A DNA stretch of 64,000 nt from an uncultured Eubacteriales bacterium (GCA_964429795.1 CAYSCW010000009.1:12756-76755), one strand, 5' to 3'; counted from the first letter of the stretch, positions 16,155 to 26,801 are shown. Notes: generated by a model not told the origin, from the letters alone. Numbers and translations are program-made.

Positions 16155-17291
16155 ATGAAAGCATTCCTTGCAATTTTCCTGCTGCTTTTGGCAACTGTCC
16201 TCCCTTTCTTCGGCGAGGAGGCCATTGTTATCGGCAGCAAAGAGGGAGAGGGATACCTGAATTTCCCCAGACAGGTGGCAGAAGGCCCTGATGGGAATAT
16301 CTATGTCTACGACATGGCAGATGCTTTCATAAAAGTATATTCCCCCGAAGGAAATTTTTTGAGAAAAATAGGAGGAAAAGGGCAGGGTCCTGGCGAAGTA
16401 CAGAGAGAGGATGGTCTCACTTTTTGTTTTACTCCTGGTGGGAAATTGTTCTTTGCCGAATATTTCGGCGGCCATCCCTGGATCACCCTTATGGACCTCA
16501 CTGGACAACTCTATAAAGTTATTAAATTAGAGATGAAGGAATTTTTTGGGGTCGCTGATGCAGTCTCCTTGGAGGATGGAGGCTTTCTGGTGGAATTTGC
16601 GTTCGTGGGAAGGCCTGAGAAGAAAAAAGACTATTTTCTGCATCGTTCTCCTCGAGAACTTGTGCACCTTGACTCTCAAGGCCGGATCCTATCCAAGATT
16701 AAAAGAACCGAATACCTCACCCGGATTTCGTTCTTAGACCAAGGAGCTGACCTGGAAATCCCATGTGTTCCACTGTTTGCCTGGACTTCCTTCAAAGAGA
16801 GCATGGTTCTATTCTCCGACGGCTTGAGCCCTAAATTATATGTCTATGACTATGAAGGCAAGCTGATAACAGAAATAAAAACGCCTCTTCCTGAACCTAA
16901 TAAGATTACCCAAAGAGAGCTAGATGACTGGAGAGAGAGAAGAAAAGAAAGCATCACGGATAAAATCTGGTATAACCAGTTTGGAAGGGTGATAGAAAAA
17001 TACAAGAAATCTATCTATGAGAAGATCCCCAATCTCAGCGGACTTTCTCTCACCCCGGAAAGGAACATCTTGATATCAGGACGCTTGGGCGATGAGGATG
17101 AGGAGAGAGATTACTGGCTTATTGATGAGGAGGGAAAAATACTGGCTCATACCAGAACGGATGCCTATGGCATAAGAATTTCGCCGCATTTTATCTTCTT
17201 TGCATCTAGGGATGAAGAAGAAAACATCTGTATCCACCGCTTAAAAAGAAAAGGAAACGAGGAAGAAGACCTGCTGAGAATCGGACTGTAG
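16155..17291 (+). CDS. Secreted NHL-repeat / beta-propeller protein
   Basis: GGAGGAGG RBS before MKAFLAIF… and a signal peptide; NHL-like 'FPRQVAEGPDGNIYVYDMADAFIKVYSPEGNFLRKIG'. Confidence 0.45.
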   Translation: MKAFLAIFLLLLATVLPFFGEEAIVIGSKEGEGYLNFPRQVAEGPDGNIYVYDMADAFIKVYSPEGNFLRKIGGKGQGPGEVQREDGLTFCFTPGGKLFFAEYFGGHPWITLMDLTGQLYKVIKLEMKEFFGVADAVSLEDGGFLVEFAFVGRPEKKKDYFLHRSPRELVHLDSQGRILSKIKRTEYLTRISFLDQGADLEIPCVPLFAWTSFKESMVLFSDGLSPKLYVYDYEGKLITEIKTPLPEPNKITQRELDDWRERRKESITDKIWYNQFGRVIEKYKKSIYEKIPNLSGLSLTPERNILISGRLGDEDEERDYWLIDEEGKILAHTRTDAYGIRISPHFIFFASRDEEENICIHRLKRKGNEEEDLLRIGL

Positions 17292-17362
17292 AAAAAGAAG
17301 AGGAATCAAAGCGGCTTCCAGATGTGCTTCAAAACTTAAACGCAGCAAGAAAGAGCAACCGT

Positions 17363-19048
17363 CTAGCCCTGCCTTTCAAAGCGGAGATTTTTCACCCGCC
17401 CAGCATCCAGCATAAAGGAGGTTATCCTTTTCTCTTCATCCCGGATAAAGCGAATCCTAAAGCTGCGGACAGAAAACCAATCCTTGAGAGTGGGTTGAAG
17501 TGAAGGCTTGGGAGCATTCCTGTGGACAAAAAAGAGCTTCCCTTTCTTGAGGGCCAGGCGGAATGTCACCTGGAGTTCCTCACTGTAGTAGTCTCCGACA
17601 TATTCTTTAAGCTGCTCTGCTGTGGGGTTAACTCTCTGGAAAGATTCATAGATATCAGGTTCCTCCCCTTCAGGGAAGATATGCATCAGCGTGGGTTTTC
17701 CTTTCTCCTGCTTTTCAAATTTAATAGCGGCCTGGAAGGGGGCCTTTAACACCTGAAATTCTGTTTCGCTTCGAGCGCCCAGTGGGAACTGCTGGCCAAA
17801 AGCATAGAGAATCAACTGATTCTTTTTAAGTAAAATTCCTCTTAAGGTTCCGGTCTTGAGGTCGATGTAATCGCCGACTTTTTCCTTAAGCTTACTCTCT
17901 GGAAGCTTCATGAATTCTTTCTGAAGCTTGGCTTCAGGCTTTTCTTCCTCTTTAAAATGATTGGGAAGATAGATATCAGCCACCTGACGGGAAAGCTTCA
18001 TCGGGTTAAAAGAGCTGAGGTTGGAAAGACAGACCACTGAGAATCTCTGCTCGGGGAAACGGAGAAAGGCGGCCTTGTAGCCTTCCAGCGCTCCTCCATG
18101 GCTGACGGTCCTTAAACCTTTATAGCTTCCTATGGTGAGGGCGAAGGCGTAGTCGAGCTTTTCGCCGCTGTTTAAAGCCCCCCCTGTGTGCATCATGTCA
18201 ATCACTTCTTTGCCACCCACTTTGTGATGGAAGAAGTTCTGGTCCCAGAGAGAAAGGTCTTCCACAGAGGTAAACAAACCCCCTGAGCCAACACAGTCGA
18301 AGGTGGATATAAAATTTTTGAACCTCCCGCCTCCACCAGGGAAGTAACCGGAGGCTCTGTTCTTGATCAACCCTTGATAATCATCATGAAAATGAGAGTT
18401 CTTCATCCCAAGAGGCTTGAAGATGCTTTCCTCTGCAAACTCTCGAAGAGTCCTGCCGCTAGCCTTCTCCACTATCACGCCCAACAGGAAATAACCGGAA
18501 TTGCTGTAAAGGTACTCTTCTCCTGGCGCAAAATTCAGCTCCTTCTGGCGGGCGATGAGGTCGAGTACATCCTGTTCATGAAAATAACCAAAAGGAATGC
18601 CGGCGATGTCCTCCAGAGTAAGATAATCACGCAGCCCGCTGGTGTGGTGGATGAGATGCCGGATAGTGATCGGTGTCCCATAATCTGGAATCTCCGGGAG
18701 ATACTTCCGGATATCATCATCCAAGGAGAGTTTGCCCTGTTTGGCTAGCAAGGCTACAGCGAAGGCTACGAATTGTTTGGAAACCGACCCGATATAAAAG
18801 ATGCTTTGGGGAGTGATGGGAATATCATGCTCCAGGTTGGCCATGCCATAGCCCCGTTTATATATGATTTCGCCGTCTTGGACGATGGCCAAGGCGCACC
18901 CTGGTGAATATGGCTTATCCCACGCCGAAAAAAGCTTGTCGACTCTCTCCGTTCTTTGGTCTGCGTAATGTGAAGAGAGAAAAACAGAGAAAAAAAGGAT
19001 GACAAAGACTATAAGACATCTCCATGATCTGTTCATGGTTGAATTCAA
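17363..19048 (-). CDS. Secreted serine hydrolase, beta-lactamase / penicillin-binding-protein family
   Basis: Signal peptide; SxxK active site in 'FYIGSVSKQF'; C-terminal extension of ~200 aa. Confidence 0.7.
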   Translation of the reverse strand: MNSTMNRSWRCLIVFVILFFSVFLSSHYADQRTERVDKLFSAWDKPYSPGCALAIVQDGEIIYKRGYGMANLEHDIPITPQSIFYIGSVSKQFVAFAVALLAKQGKLSLDDDIRKYLPEIPDYGTPITIRHLIHHTSGLRDYLTLEDIAGIPFGYFHEQDVLDLIARQKELNFAPGEEYLYSNSGYFLLGVIVEKASGRTLREFAEESIFKPLGMKNSHFHDDYQGLIKNRASGYFPGGGGRFKNFISTFDCVGSGGLFTSVEDLSLWDQNFFHHKVGGKEVIDMMHTGGALNSGEKLDYAFALTIGSYKGLRTVSHGGALEGYKAAFLRFPEQRFSVVCLSNLSSFNPMKLSRQVADIYLPNHFKEEEKPEAKLQKEFMKLPESKLKEKVGDYIDLKTGTLRGILLKKNQLILYAFGQQFPLGARSETEFQVLKAPFQAAIKFEKQEKGKPTLMHIFPEGEEPDIYESFQRVNPTAEQLKEYVGDYYSEELQVTFRLALKKGKLFFVHRNAPKPSLQPTLKDWFSVRSFRIRFIRDEEKRITSFMLDAGRVKNLRFERQG

Positions 19049-19265
19049 CCTCCTTAAGAAAAATGGGTATAACGATTATATATTTCTCAACGCCGTATTT
19101 CTACTTTCTAGGCGGGCGCAGCAAACATTTCCGTGTACAATTCCAAAAAAAGATCCAGGCTGTAAGCCATTAAAATGCCAATTTTGCCTAATAAGTATTG
19201 TGTCCCCAGATTTAGCTGTGGTATAAGCTAGGAAACAATCGGGTGATAAAACCAAGGAGGTAAAT

Positions 19266-19483
19266 CATGAAAGTCAGGGGAGGAGCTCTTGTGGCCAAGA
19301 CTCTTAAAAAATATGGGGTTCAGGATGATCTGGATGCTGATGGAGGTGCTTTTAGGAAAAAAGACCTATCTGGATAAGATCCCCCATATCATGAGGAGGC
19401 TCAATTCCTGGCATCTGGATGGTTTCCTCTCCTCAGTGATGCTCAAGCAGATCGAATCAAAACTTCACAAGAAGATGGGCTGA
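19266..19483 (+). pseudogene. Possible degraded N-terminal fragment of a thiamine-pyrophosphate enzyme (acetolactate-synthase-like)
   Basis: An extended -10 (TGGTATAAG) plus AAGGAGG RBS precede MKVRGGALVAKTLKKYGVQ…GGA, which resembles a TPP-enzyme N-terminus. The frame stops after 37 codons and a +1-frame ORF continues with …IPHIMRR…. Confidence 0.2.
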
Positions 19484-19640
19484 AAAAGACATGCTCTCCT
19501 GGTCCCTCACCCTAGAGCCTCAAGAAAAAAGGGAAATTCTCATCGATTTTACTGTGGAATATCCCAAGGACGCTCACATCATCGGGATATAAAAGGAATC
19601 CTGAAATCAATCGGCCCGTTCGGGAAACAGGTTCATAAGC

Positions 19641-21101
19641 CTATTCCTTCATCTGCTCCTTTTCGGGTTTTGGAGAGGGTATGGAGATATCGATGGTGTT
19701 GACTTCTCCCAGAGTCGAAAGCGGCTTGTCGAAATCCTCCTCCTTTCCCACGACCAGAATCTGGACTTTCTCAGGATGGAGATATTTTTTGGCTACCCGA
19801 AGCACATCCGCCTTGGTAACTTTCTCCAATCCTTCCTTGACCCTGTCCATAAAATCGAGGGGATAGCCGAAATAGGCATAGGTCATCATGCGGTTGACGA
19901 TCTCAGCTCGGCTATCGAAATTGAAGACAAAGGAATTGAGGTACTCATCTTTGGCCTTTGCCAGCTCCTCATCGCTCACTTCCTCCTCTGTCATCCTCTT
20001 CATCTCCCCGAGCATCAATCCGATGGCATAGACAGTGGACTCTGATTTGGTCTGTGCTCCACACCGAAAAACCCCAGGATACGTGTATCCAGCGCCGTAA
20101 TATCCATAAACGCTGTAAGCCAGACCCTCGTCAGTTCTGATCTTTTTGAACATGCGGTCAAAGGAAAGGATGCTGTTCATCACACTCAAGGCAGGATAGT
20201 CTGGGTTATTCATCACACCACCGATGTGACCGATCATGATGTGGGACTGGTTGACATCAGGCTTTTGAATGTGATTGACCGTGTACCTATATCCATAGTC
20301 GACTTTGGGAAGAGAGAGAATGCTCACATCTTTCCTTTGCCAGGTCTCAAGATTCTTCTTGATCTTGGCTACCATCTCCTGGCTTTCAAAGTCTCCCCAG
20401 ACAGCCATGATTGTGTTGTTGGGATAAAAATATTTCTGGTAAAAACGAACGATATCTTGCCGGGTGACGGCATCAATGGTGGCATACTCAGGATGACAGG
20501 CGTAAGGGCTGTCTCCTCCGTATATGAGCTTCTGAAATTCCCTAAATGTGATCTGGCCGATATCATCATTCCGCCGGGAGATCACGGTCCTCTGCTGGAT
20601 TTTGGCCAGGTTGATCTTATCCTCCGGGAAGGCAGGGTTCTTCAGGATGTCAGCCAGGATTTCAAAGGCTCGGTCAATATCTTCCTTGAGCACGGAAACG
20701 GTGATGTAACCCGAGGTCAAGCCTATCCCTGTAGATATGGTGGCGGCCATGGTCTCAAGTTCCTTGTCCATCTGGTCCCCGTTCATCGATGTTGTTCCAC
20801 CTGTGCGGAGCACCTGTCCGCAAATAGCAGCCAGACCGACTTTAGAGGGAGGTTCGAAAACAGAGCCGGTACGAACCATAGCTCTCAGGTCGATGGTCGG
20901 ATACTGATGGTCCTCGACTAAAAAGAGGGTTAGACCGTTGGCCAGCTCCACTTTTTCCACCTTGGGCATTTGAATGGGATTTAGAGAAGGGAAGACAAAC
21001 TTGTCCTTGGGACTCTTTTGGGAAAATGCAGGATTCCCGCAATAAAAGAGGACAAGAAAAAAGGCTATCACAATAATAAAAACCTTACTGTATTTTCCCA
21101 T
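19641..21101 (-). CDS. M16-family peptidase, non-catalytic subunit (no HxxEH motif)
   Basis: M16 fold and signal peptide; likely start at MGKYSK, which has an AAGGAAAG RBS; paired with the upstream catalytic M16 gene. Confidence 0.65.
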   Translation of the reverse strand: MGKYSKVFIIVIAFFLVLFYCGNPAFSQKSPKDKFVFPSLNPIQMPKVEKVELANGLTLFLVEDHQYPTIDLRAMVRTGSVFEPPSKVGLAAICGQVLRTGGTTSMNGDQMDKELETMAATISTGIGLTSGYITVSVLKEDIDRAFEILADILKNPAFPEDKINLAKIQQRTVISRRNDDIGQITFREFQKLIYGGDSPYACHPEYATIDAVTRQDIVRFYQKYFYPNNTIMAVWGDFESQEMVAKIKKNLETWQRKDVSILSLPKVDYGYRYTVNHIQKPDVNQSHIMIGHIGGVMNNPDYPALSVMNSILSFDRMFKKIRTDEGLAYSVYGYYGAGYTYPGVFRCGAQTKSESTVYAIGLMLGEMKRMTEEEVSDEELAKAKDEYLNSFVFNFDSRAEIVNRMMTYAYFGYPLDFMDRVKEGLEKVTKADVLRVAKKYLHPEKVQILVVGKEEDFDKPLSTLGEVNTIDISIPSPKPEKEQMKE

Positions 21102-21157
21102 TGTTCTTTCCTTTCTAAGGAATAAATTTTTTCTTTTCATGGGCTAATCTCCTGCAT

Positions 21158-22663
21158 CTATTTTTCGGGGATAATCTCACCCACGGTCCTGTGCTTCTTG
21201 ACCAGATAAGTGTTGGCCACTCTCTTCACATCCTCTGCTGTAATGGCCCTGATCTCCTCGATCTGGTCAAACAACAGCTTCCAGTCTCCGAGCACCACAT
21301 CCGCATAGGTGAGAAGGGCTGCCATGCGGGCATTGGACTTCATCTGATTCAGGAGGTTCTTTACGGCATTCCGCTTGAACTTGGTAAGTTCCTCAGGAGT
21401 GACGAATTCGCTCTTTATCCTCCCGATTTCCTCATCGATGAGCTCCAGACATTCTGCCGAAGTGTGTCCTTTGGCAGGAACGGCATAGAAGGCGAACAGG
21501 TTGGAAAACTTATCGCCGGGAAATCCTGAAAGGCCCACGGCCGTTACCGCAACCTTCTTCTCCTTGACCAAAACCTGGTAAAGCCGGGAGGAACGCCCCT
21601 GACCAAGGATGTTGGCCAAGGCTTCCAGGGGAGCATTGTCTTTGTGGCATGCGCTGGGAGTATGGTATCCGACGACGATTATAGGCTGGGATACGGCTTC
21701 CACAGTGACCCGTCTTTCCCCCCATTGTTCGGGCTCTGTGGTTCTCACCGGTTCAGGCTTAGGACCGCTGGGAATGCGGCTAAAATAGAGGTCAGCCATC
21801 TGGAAGATCTCGTCTGGGGTGACGTCACCCACTATGCCCACGGTTAAATTGCTCGGCCCATAGTATTTTCTGAAATAGTTCTCCACATCTGTGCGAGTGA
21901 TGTTTTGCAGGTCGGACATATGGCCAACAACAGAATGGTGGTAGGGATGAGCCTTGAAGGCTGTGGCCAAGAAGTCCTCCAGCAGACGGCCCATAGGGCG
22001 AGTCTCCAAACCCAGCCTCCTCTCTTCCATAACCACATCTCTTTCCTTGTAAAATTCACGGAAAACAGGATTGAGGAAGCGATCCGATGTCATAGCCATC
22101 CAGAATTCCAACCTGTTGGAGGGCAGGCTGTTTATGTACTGTGTGGCATCATTGCTGGTATAGGCGTTAATACCGCGGTCTCCTTCTCTTCTCATCATAT
22201 CGATAAATTCGTTTGTCACAACATATTCTTTGGCTTTCTGACGCAGGGATTCAAATCTCTGTTCCATCTCCGAAAGCTTTTCTTTGTCGGGCTCCGTTGC
22301 GGCTTTCTCTCTCTTGATTGCATCATAGAGTATATCCAGTTCCTCGAGTACCTCGGTTTCTGCCTCATAGTCTGTGACCCCCACGACCTTAGTTCCCTTG
22401 AAGGCCATATGTTCCAAAAGGTGGGATATCCCTGTTATCCCGTAGGATTCGTTGGCCGCCCCGACATCAGCATAGACATGGAAAGAAACCACCGGAGCGT
22501 CGTGGCGCTCAAGGACGATGAACTTCATCCCATTCTTCAGGGCGTGGATCCTGACCTGGTTCTTGATCGCCTCGAATGTTTGAGGAAAGAGGGAAGGATT
22601 GAGCACGAGGATACCAGCGAGGATAAGAACAGCTATGAAGCATTGTCTTTTTCTTACCTGCAT
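21158..22663 (-). CDS. M16-family zinc peptidase (pitrilysin/insulinase-like), catalytic subunit
   Basis: HxxEH inverted zincin motif in 'ISHLLEHMAFKGT'; signal peptide. Confidence 0.8.
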   Translation of the reverse strand: MQVRKRQCFIAVLILAGILVLNPSLFPQTFEAIKNQVRIHALKNGMKFIVLERHDAPVVSFHVYADVGAANESYGITGISHLLEHMAFKGTKVVGVTDYEAETEVLEELDILYDAIKREKAATEPDKEKLSEMEQRFESLRQKAKEYVVTNEFIDMMRREGDRGINAYTSNDATQYINSLPSNRLEFWMAMTSDRFLNPVFREFYKERDVVMEERRLGLETRPMGRLLEDFLATAFKAHPYHHSVVGHMSDLQNITRTDVENYFRKYYGPSNLTVGIVGDVTPDEIFQMADLYFSRIPSGPKPEPVRTTEPEQWGERRVTVEAVSQPIIVVGYHTPSACHKDNAPLEALANILGQGRSSRLYQVLVKEKKVAVTAVGLSGFPGDKFSNLFAFYAVPAKGHTSAECLELIDEEIGRIKSEFVTPEELTKFKRNAVKNLLNQMKSNARMAALLTYADVVLGDWKLLFDQIEEIRAITAEDVKRVANTYLVKKHRTVGEIIPEK

Positions 22664-22811
22664 TTTTTTCTCCTTTCTTAATGATTTTATTTAAAATGCG
22701 TGTTCAATGTTCCCTACAAGAAGGAAGTGGATCATTCTGCTCTCTTACCCCTTAATCTGGCGATTCTGCGAGAGTCATATTTCCTACCCAAAAAACTTCA
22801 AAAGAATGAAT

Positions 22812-24575
22812 TCAGTCTTTTGTTTTTTTCAGTCCCAGCTCTTCGAGCTGCCTTTTATCAATTTCTGAGGGCGATCCGGTAAGAAGACAGAGGGCACTTG
22901 TGGTCTTGGGAAAAGGGATGACTTCTCTGATGGATTCCTCACCTGCAAGAATCATCACGATGCGGTCAAAACCTAAGGCGATTCCTCCATGAGGTGGAAC
23001 TCCGTAGCGGAGGGCTTCCAAGAAAAACCCAAACTTATCCTCCACCTCTTTTTCTTTCAAGCCGAGAACCTTGAACACTCTTCTTTGGAGCTCCAGGCTA
23101 TTGATTCGAATAGAGCCACCGCCAATCTCGACTCCGTTAAGGACCAGGTCGTAGGCTCTGGCTCTGACCCGAAGAGGCTCCTTCTCCAAAAACGACATAT
23201 CTTCCTCATGAGGAGAGGTAAAGGGATGATGCATGGAAACCGGGCGACGCTCCTTCTCGCTCCACTCGAAGAGTGGAAAATCTGTCACCCAGGCGAATTT
23301 GAAGATTTTCTCACTCCCTTGCTCCTGGGAGATGAAATCTTTCCTTATTTCCCCTAGGACCTTTAAAGCAACATCTTTCTCATCAGCCACCAGGAAGACC
23401 AAATCCTCCTTCCCTGCCTTTAGGTTTTTCCAGACGCGGCTCATGCCCTCGGCAGCCATTTTCAGAGAAGACTTGAATCCATCTGTCTTTCTTATCCAGG
23501 TTATTCCTTTGGCTCCCAATTCTTGTGCTTTCTGATTGATCTTGTCCAGCCGGCTCCGGGAGAATGTGCCTCCTCCCCTCACCATCAATCCTTTCAGCAC
23601 TCCGCCTGATGAGAGGGCGTCTCGGATGGTTTGAGAATCCAGGCCTGATTCCAGTTCTGTAAGATCCCGGATTTCCATCCCGTAGCGAAGATCTGGCTTA
23701 TCTGTTCCATACTTTTCCATGCTCTCCTGGTAGGTGAGTCTGGGAAAAGGCCGCTCAATCTGGGCTCCAACAAGCTCAAAAACAGCTGCCATCAATCCCT
23801 CATTCAGTCGAGAAATATCTTCTTCCTTGACGAAGCTCATCTCGACGTCGATCTGGGTAAACTCAGGCTGGCGGTCAGCTCTAAGATCCTCATCCCGGAA
23901 GCACCGGACGATCTGAAAATAGCGGTCAAATCCAGCGATCATCAGGATCTGCTTGAAAAGCTGGGGCGACTGAGGAAGGGCGTAGAAGCGGCCCTTGTAC
24001 ATCCGGCTGGGAACCAGGTAATCCCTTGCCCCTTCAGGAGTGGATTTGGTCAAAAAGGGAGTTTCTATTTCCAAAAATCCATTTTCGCTCAAGAAATTGC
24101 GAACACAGAGGGCTGTCTGGTGGCGAAGCTTGACGTTGTGCTGCAGAGAGGGGCGCCTCATATCCAGATACCTGTATTTGAACCGTAGCTCTTCTGAGGC
24201 CTGCGGCGGATCGGCAATAACAAAGGGAGGGACCTCGGCTATGCTAAGTAATTTTAAATCCTCTGCTTCAACTTCGACCTCTCCTGTAGGGAGATCGGGA
24301 TTGCGAGCCTGTTGTGCCCGTCTCTTCACCACTCCCTTTACAGCTAATACATTTTCTGCCCTGATCTTTTTGGCCTCTCTGAGAAGCTCCTTGTTGCTGG
24401 ATGGGAAGACCACCTGGATCATCCCTTCCCTGTCCCTCAGGTCGATAAAAACCAAATTCCCTAAGTCCCTGTGTCTGTGAACCCAGCCCATAAGGATCAC
24501 TTCTTGACCCTCATGTTCCAGGCGGAGTTTACCGCAATAGGTTGTCCTCTGCCAGTCGGATTTTTTGGCTCCCAT
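22812..24575 (-). CDS. aspS: Aspartyl-tRNA synthetase
   Basis: Full-length class II AspRS: anticodon-binding OB fold, GAD insertion and catalytic core motifs. Confidence 0.9.
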   Translation of the reverse strand: MGAKKSDWQRTTYCGKLRLEHEGQEVILMGWVHRHRDLGNLVFIDLRDREGMIQVVFPSSNKELLREAKKIRAENVLAVKGVVKRRAQQARNPDLPTGEVEVEAEDLKLLSIAEVPPFVIADPPQASEELRFKYRYLDMRRPSLQHNVKLRHQTALCVRNFLSENGFLEIETPFLTKSTPEGARDYLVPSRMYKGRFYALPQSPQLFKQILMIAGFDRYFQIVRCFRDEDLRADRQPEFTQIDVEMSFVKEEDISRLNEGLMAAVFELVGAQIERPFPRLTYQESMEKYGTDKPDLRYGMEIRDLTELESGLDSQTIRDALSSGGVLKGLMVRGGGTFSRSRLDKINQKAQELGAKGITWIRKTDGFKSSLKMAAEGMSRVWKNLKAGKEDLVFLVADEKDVALKVLGEIRKDFISQEQGSEKIFKFAWVTDFPLFEWSEKERRPVSMHHPFTSPHEEDMSFLEKEPLRVRARAYDLVLNGVEIGGGSIRINSLELQRRVFKVLGLKEKEVEDKFGFFLEALRYGVPPHGGIALGFDRIVMILAGEESIREVIPFPKTTSALCLLTGSPSEIDKRQLEELGLKKTKD

Positions 24576-24585
24576 GGGTTCCTTT

Positions 24586-25848
24586 CTATCGCGAAGATAA
24601 TGATTCTTTGCGGATGATGTTCGTAATCTCCTCCCGGCTGGCTCCTCTCTGCTTCCCTGTGACCATGTTTTTCAACTGGTATTTTCCCTTCTCAAGTTCC
24701 TCTTCGCCAACGATCAGGACCCAGCTTGCGCCCAATTTGTTGGCCCGGCCCATCTGGCTCCTGATGCTTCTCTTCTTGTATTCAATCAGACATTCGATTC
24801 CTTCCCGACGCAGAAAGCGGGCCAGAGCCATCCCCTGCCTCTGAGCTTCCTGACCCAGGAAGGCCAGGTACACAAAATTCTCTTCCTCTTTGATGACAGG
24901 GACAAGAGAAAGAAGCCTTTCCATCCCCAAGGCAAACCCGATAGCGCACTTATCAGGGCCACCAAACTCTTTCATCATATCATCATACCTTCCTCCACCA
25001 AGAATGGCATCTTGAGCGCCCAGTTTGGAGGAGATGATTTCGAAAGTGGTTCTGGTGTAATAATCTATTCCTCGAACCAAGCGTGGCTCGATGGCATAAG
25101 AGATGTTGTAAAAATCCAGATAAGAACGGAATCGGCGGAAGTGTTCCTCGCATTCCATACAAAGATAGTCTGTAATCTGGGGAAATTTCTGGGAGACTTC
25201 CTGGCAGGTCTCAACCTTACAGTCAAATATTCTCAAGGGATTGGTGGAGATCTTTCTCTGGCAGTCCACACAGAGGATCTCTCTTGCTTTCTCAGCCTCC
25301 CCCCTTAATTCCACAAGGTAAGAGGGGCGACACTTCCTGCAGCCGACAGAATTGACCAGTATCTCCCGATCAGCGACATTGAGCAGTTCCAGCAGATAAT
25401 CTCCCATCTCCACGATCTCGGCATCTACGGCAGGATCTTCCTCACCGAAGACTTCGATGTCCATCTGATGAAACTGGCGGTAGCGGCCCTTCTGTGGCTT
25501 GTCGTAGCGGAACATGGGCCCGATATAGTAAAACCGCAATGGTTGGGGCTGAAGATAGAGTCTGTGTTCGATGATGGAACGGACAATGGAAGGCGTGTAC
25601 TCAGGCCGCAGCGTCAGGGACCGACCTCCTTTATCCACGAAGGTGTACATCTCCTTGATAACGATGTCAGAGGTCTGCCCAGTCCCTTTCTCAAAAAGCT
25701 CCGTGGCTTCAAAAACAGGAGTCCTTATCTCCCTGTATCCGTAGAGTTCAAAAATGCGTTTGGCTACGGCCTCCACATGCTGCCATTTTCTGGCTTCTTG
25801 AGGAAGGATATCTTTGGTGCCCTTGATGGAAGAGATCTCTTTTTTCAT
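24586..25848 (-). CDS. hisS: Histidyl-tRNA synthetase
   Basis: Class II HisRS motifs and C-terminal anticodon-binding domain; 420 aa. Confidence 0.9.
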   Translation of the reverse strand: MKKEISSIKGTKDILPQEARKWQHVEAVAKRIFELYGYREIRTPVFEATELFEKGTGQTSDIVIKEMYTFVDKGGRSLTLRPEYTPSIVRSIIEHRLYLQPQPLRFYYIGPMFRYDKPQKGRYRQFHQMDIEVFGEEDPAVDAEIVEMGDYLLELLNVADREILVNSVGCRKCRPSYLVELRGEAEKAREILCVDCQRKISTNPLRIFDCKVETCQEVSQKFPQITDYLCMECEEHFRRFRSYLDFYNISYAIEPRLVRGIDYYTRTTFEIISSKLGAQDAILGGGRYDDMMKEFGGPDKCAIGFALGMERLLSLVPVIKEEENFVYLAFLGQEAQRQGMALARFLRREGIECLIEYKKRSIRSQMGRANKLGASWVLIVGEEELEKGKYQLKNMVTGKQRGASREEITNIIRKESLSSR

Positions 25849-26801
25849 TTTTCCTCAAAAATTCCAATCTTTCGGTATTTCTGATATCTCTCGCTCATCC
25901 GCTCTTCTGGAGTTTTCTGTTCCAGCTTCTTCAAGGTCAAGTTCAGCTGCTTATCCACATTCTTGAATGTCTGTTCAGGATCGACATGCGCCCCTCCAGG
26001 CGGCTCGGGAATAATCTTGTCGATTATGCCCAAATCCATCAGATCCTGAGCCCGGATTTTCAGGTTCTCTGCGGCTTTGGCCGCCGCACTCTGATCCCTC
26101 CATAGGATCGCCGCACATCCTTCAGGAGAGATGACCGAATAGAAGGAATTTTCCAGCATTAAAATCGCGTCTCCAACACCTATAGCCAGGGCACCTCCGC
26201 TTCCTCCCTCTCCGATGACGACATTGACAATGGGAATTTGTAGTTTGGAAATTTCCTTTAAGTTGCAGGCAATCGCCTCTGCCTGGCCCCGTTCTTCTGC
26301 CTCTATGCCTGGATAAGCTCCTGGCGTGTCGATCAGGGTGACGATCGGAAATCCGTACTTTTCTGCCAGCTTCATCATCCGAATGGCTTTCCGGTAGCCC
26401 TCGGGTGCAGGTTGACCAAAGTTGCGATCGATTCTCTCTCTTGTTGTGCGTCCTTTCTGATGACCGATGAAAGCCGTTGTCCGCCCTCTGTAGAAGCCCA
26501 ATCCGGCGACTATAGCAGGATCATCACCTGCCCGACGGTCGCCGTGCATCTCCATGAAATCGTTAGTTAGATATCCTATATAATCAAGAGTGTACGGCCT
26601 CTGAGGATGGCGGGCGATTTGAACGATATGCAAAGGAGTCAGCCGAGGCTTGATTTGTTCCCATTCTTTCTCGATCTCTCCCTGGAGTTGGGCAATCCTT
26701 TCCTTTTGCTCCTCCTCCTCACTCTCTTTAATTTTATCTATTTCTTCTTTGAGAAGGAGAATTCTCTTCTCCAGTTGGTGAAAATCTATCCCTTTATTCA
26801 T
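25845..26801 (-). CDS. accA: Acetyl-CoA carboxylase carboxyltransferase alpha subunit
   Basis: Conserved AccA core (…FIGHQKGRTTRERIDRNFGQPAPEGYRKAIRMMKLAEKYGFPIVTLIDTPGAYPG…). Confidence 0.9.
   Translation of the reverse strand: MNKGIDFHQLEKRILLLKEEIDKIKESEEEEQKERIAQLQGEIEKEWEQIKPRLTPLHIVQIARHPQRPYTLDYIGYLTNDFMEMHGDRRAGDDPAIVAGLGFYRGRTTAFIGHQKGRTTRERIDRNFGQPAPEGYRKAIRMMKLAEKYGFPIVTLIDTPGAYPGIEAEERGQAEAIACNLKEISKLQIPIVNVVIGEGGSGGALAIGVGDAILMLENSFYSVISPEGCAAILWRDQSAAAKAAENLKIRAQDLMDLGIIDKIIPEPPGGAHVDPEQTFKNVDKQLNLTLKKLEQKTPEERMSERYQKYRKIGIFEEK

Noticed and set aside
20226-22681. Plus-strand ORFs of 231 aa and 258 aa opposite the two M16 peptidase genes
   Set aside because: Antisense artefacts inside conserved genes.
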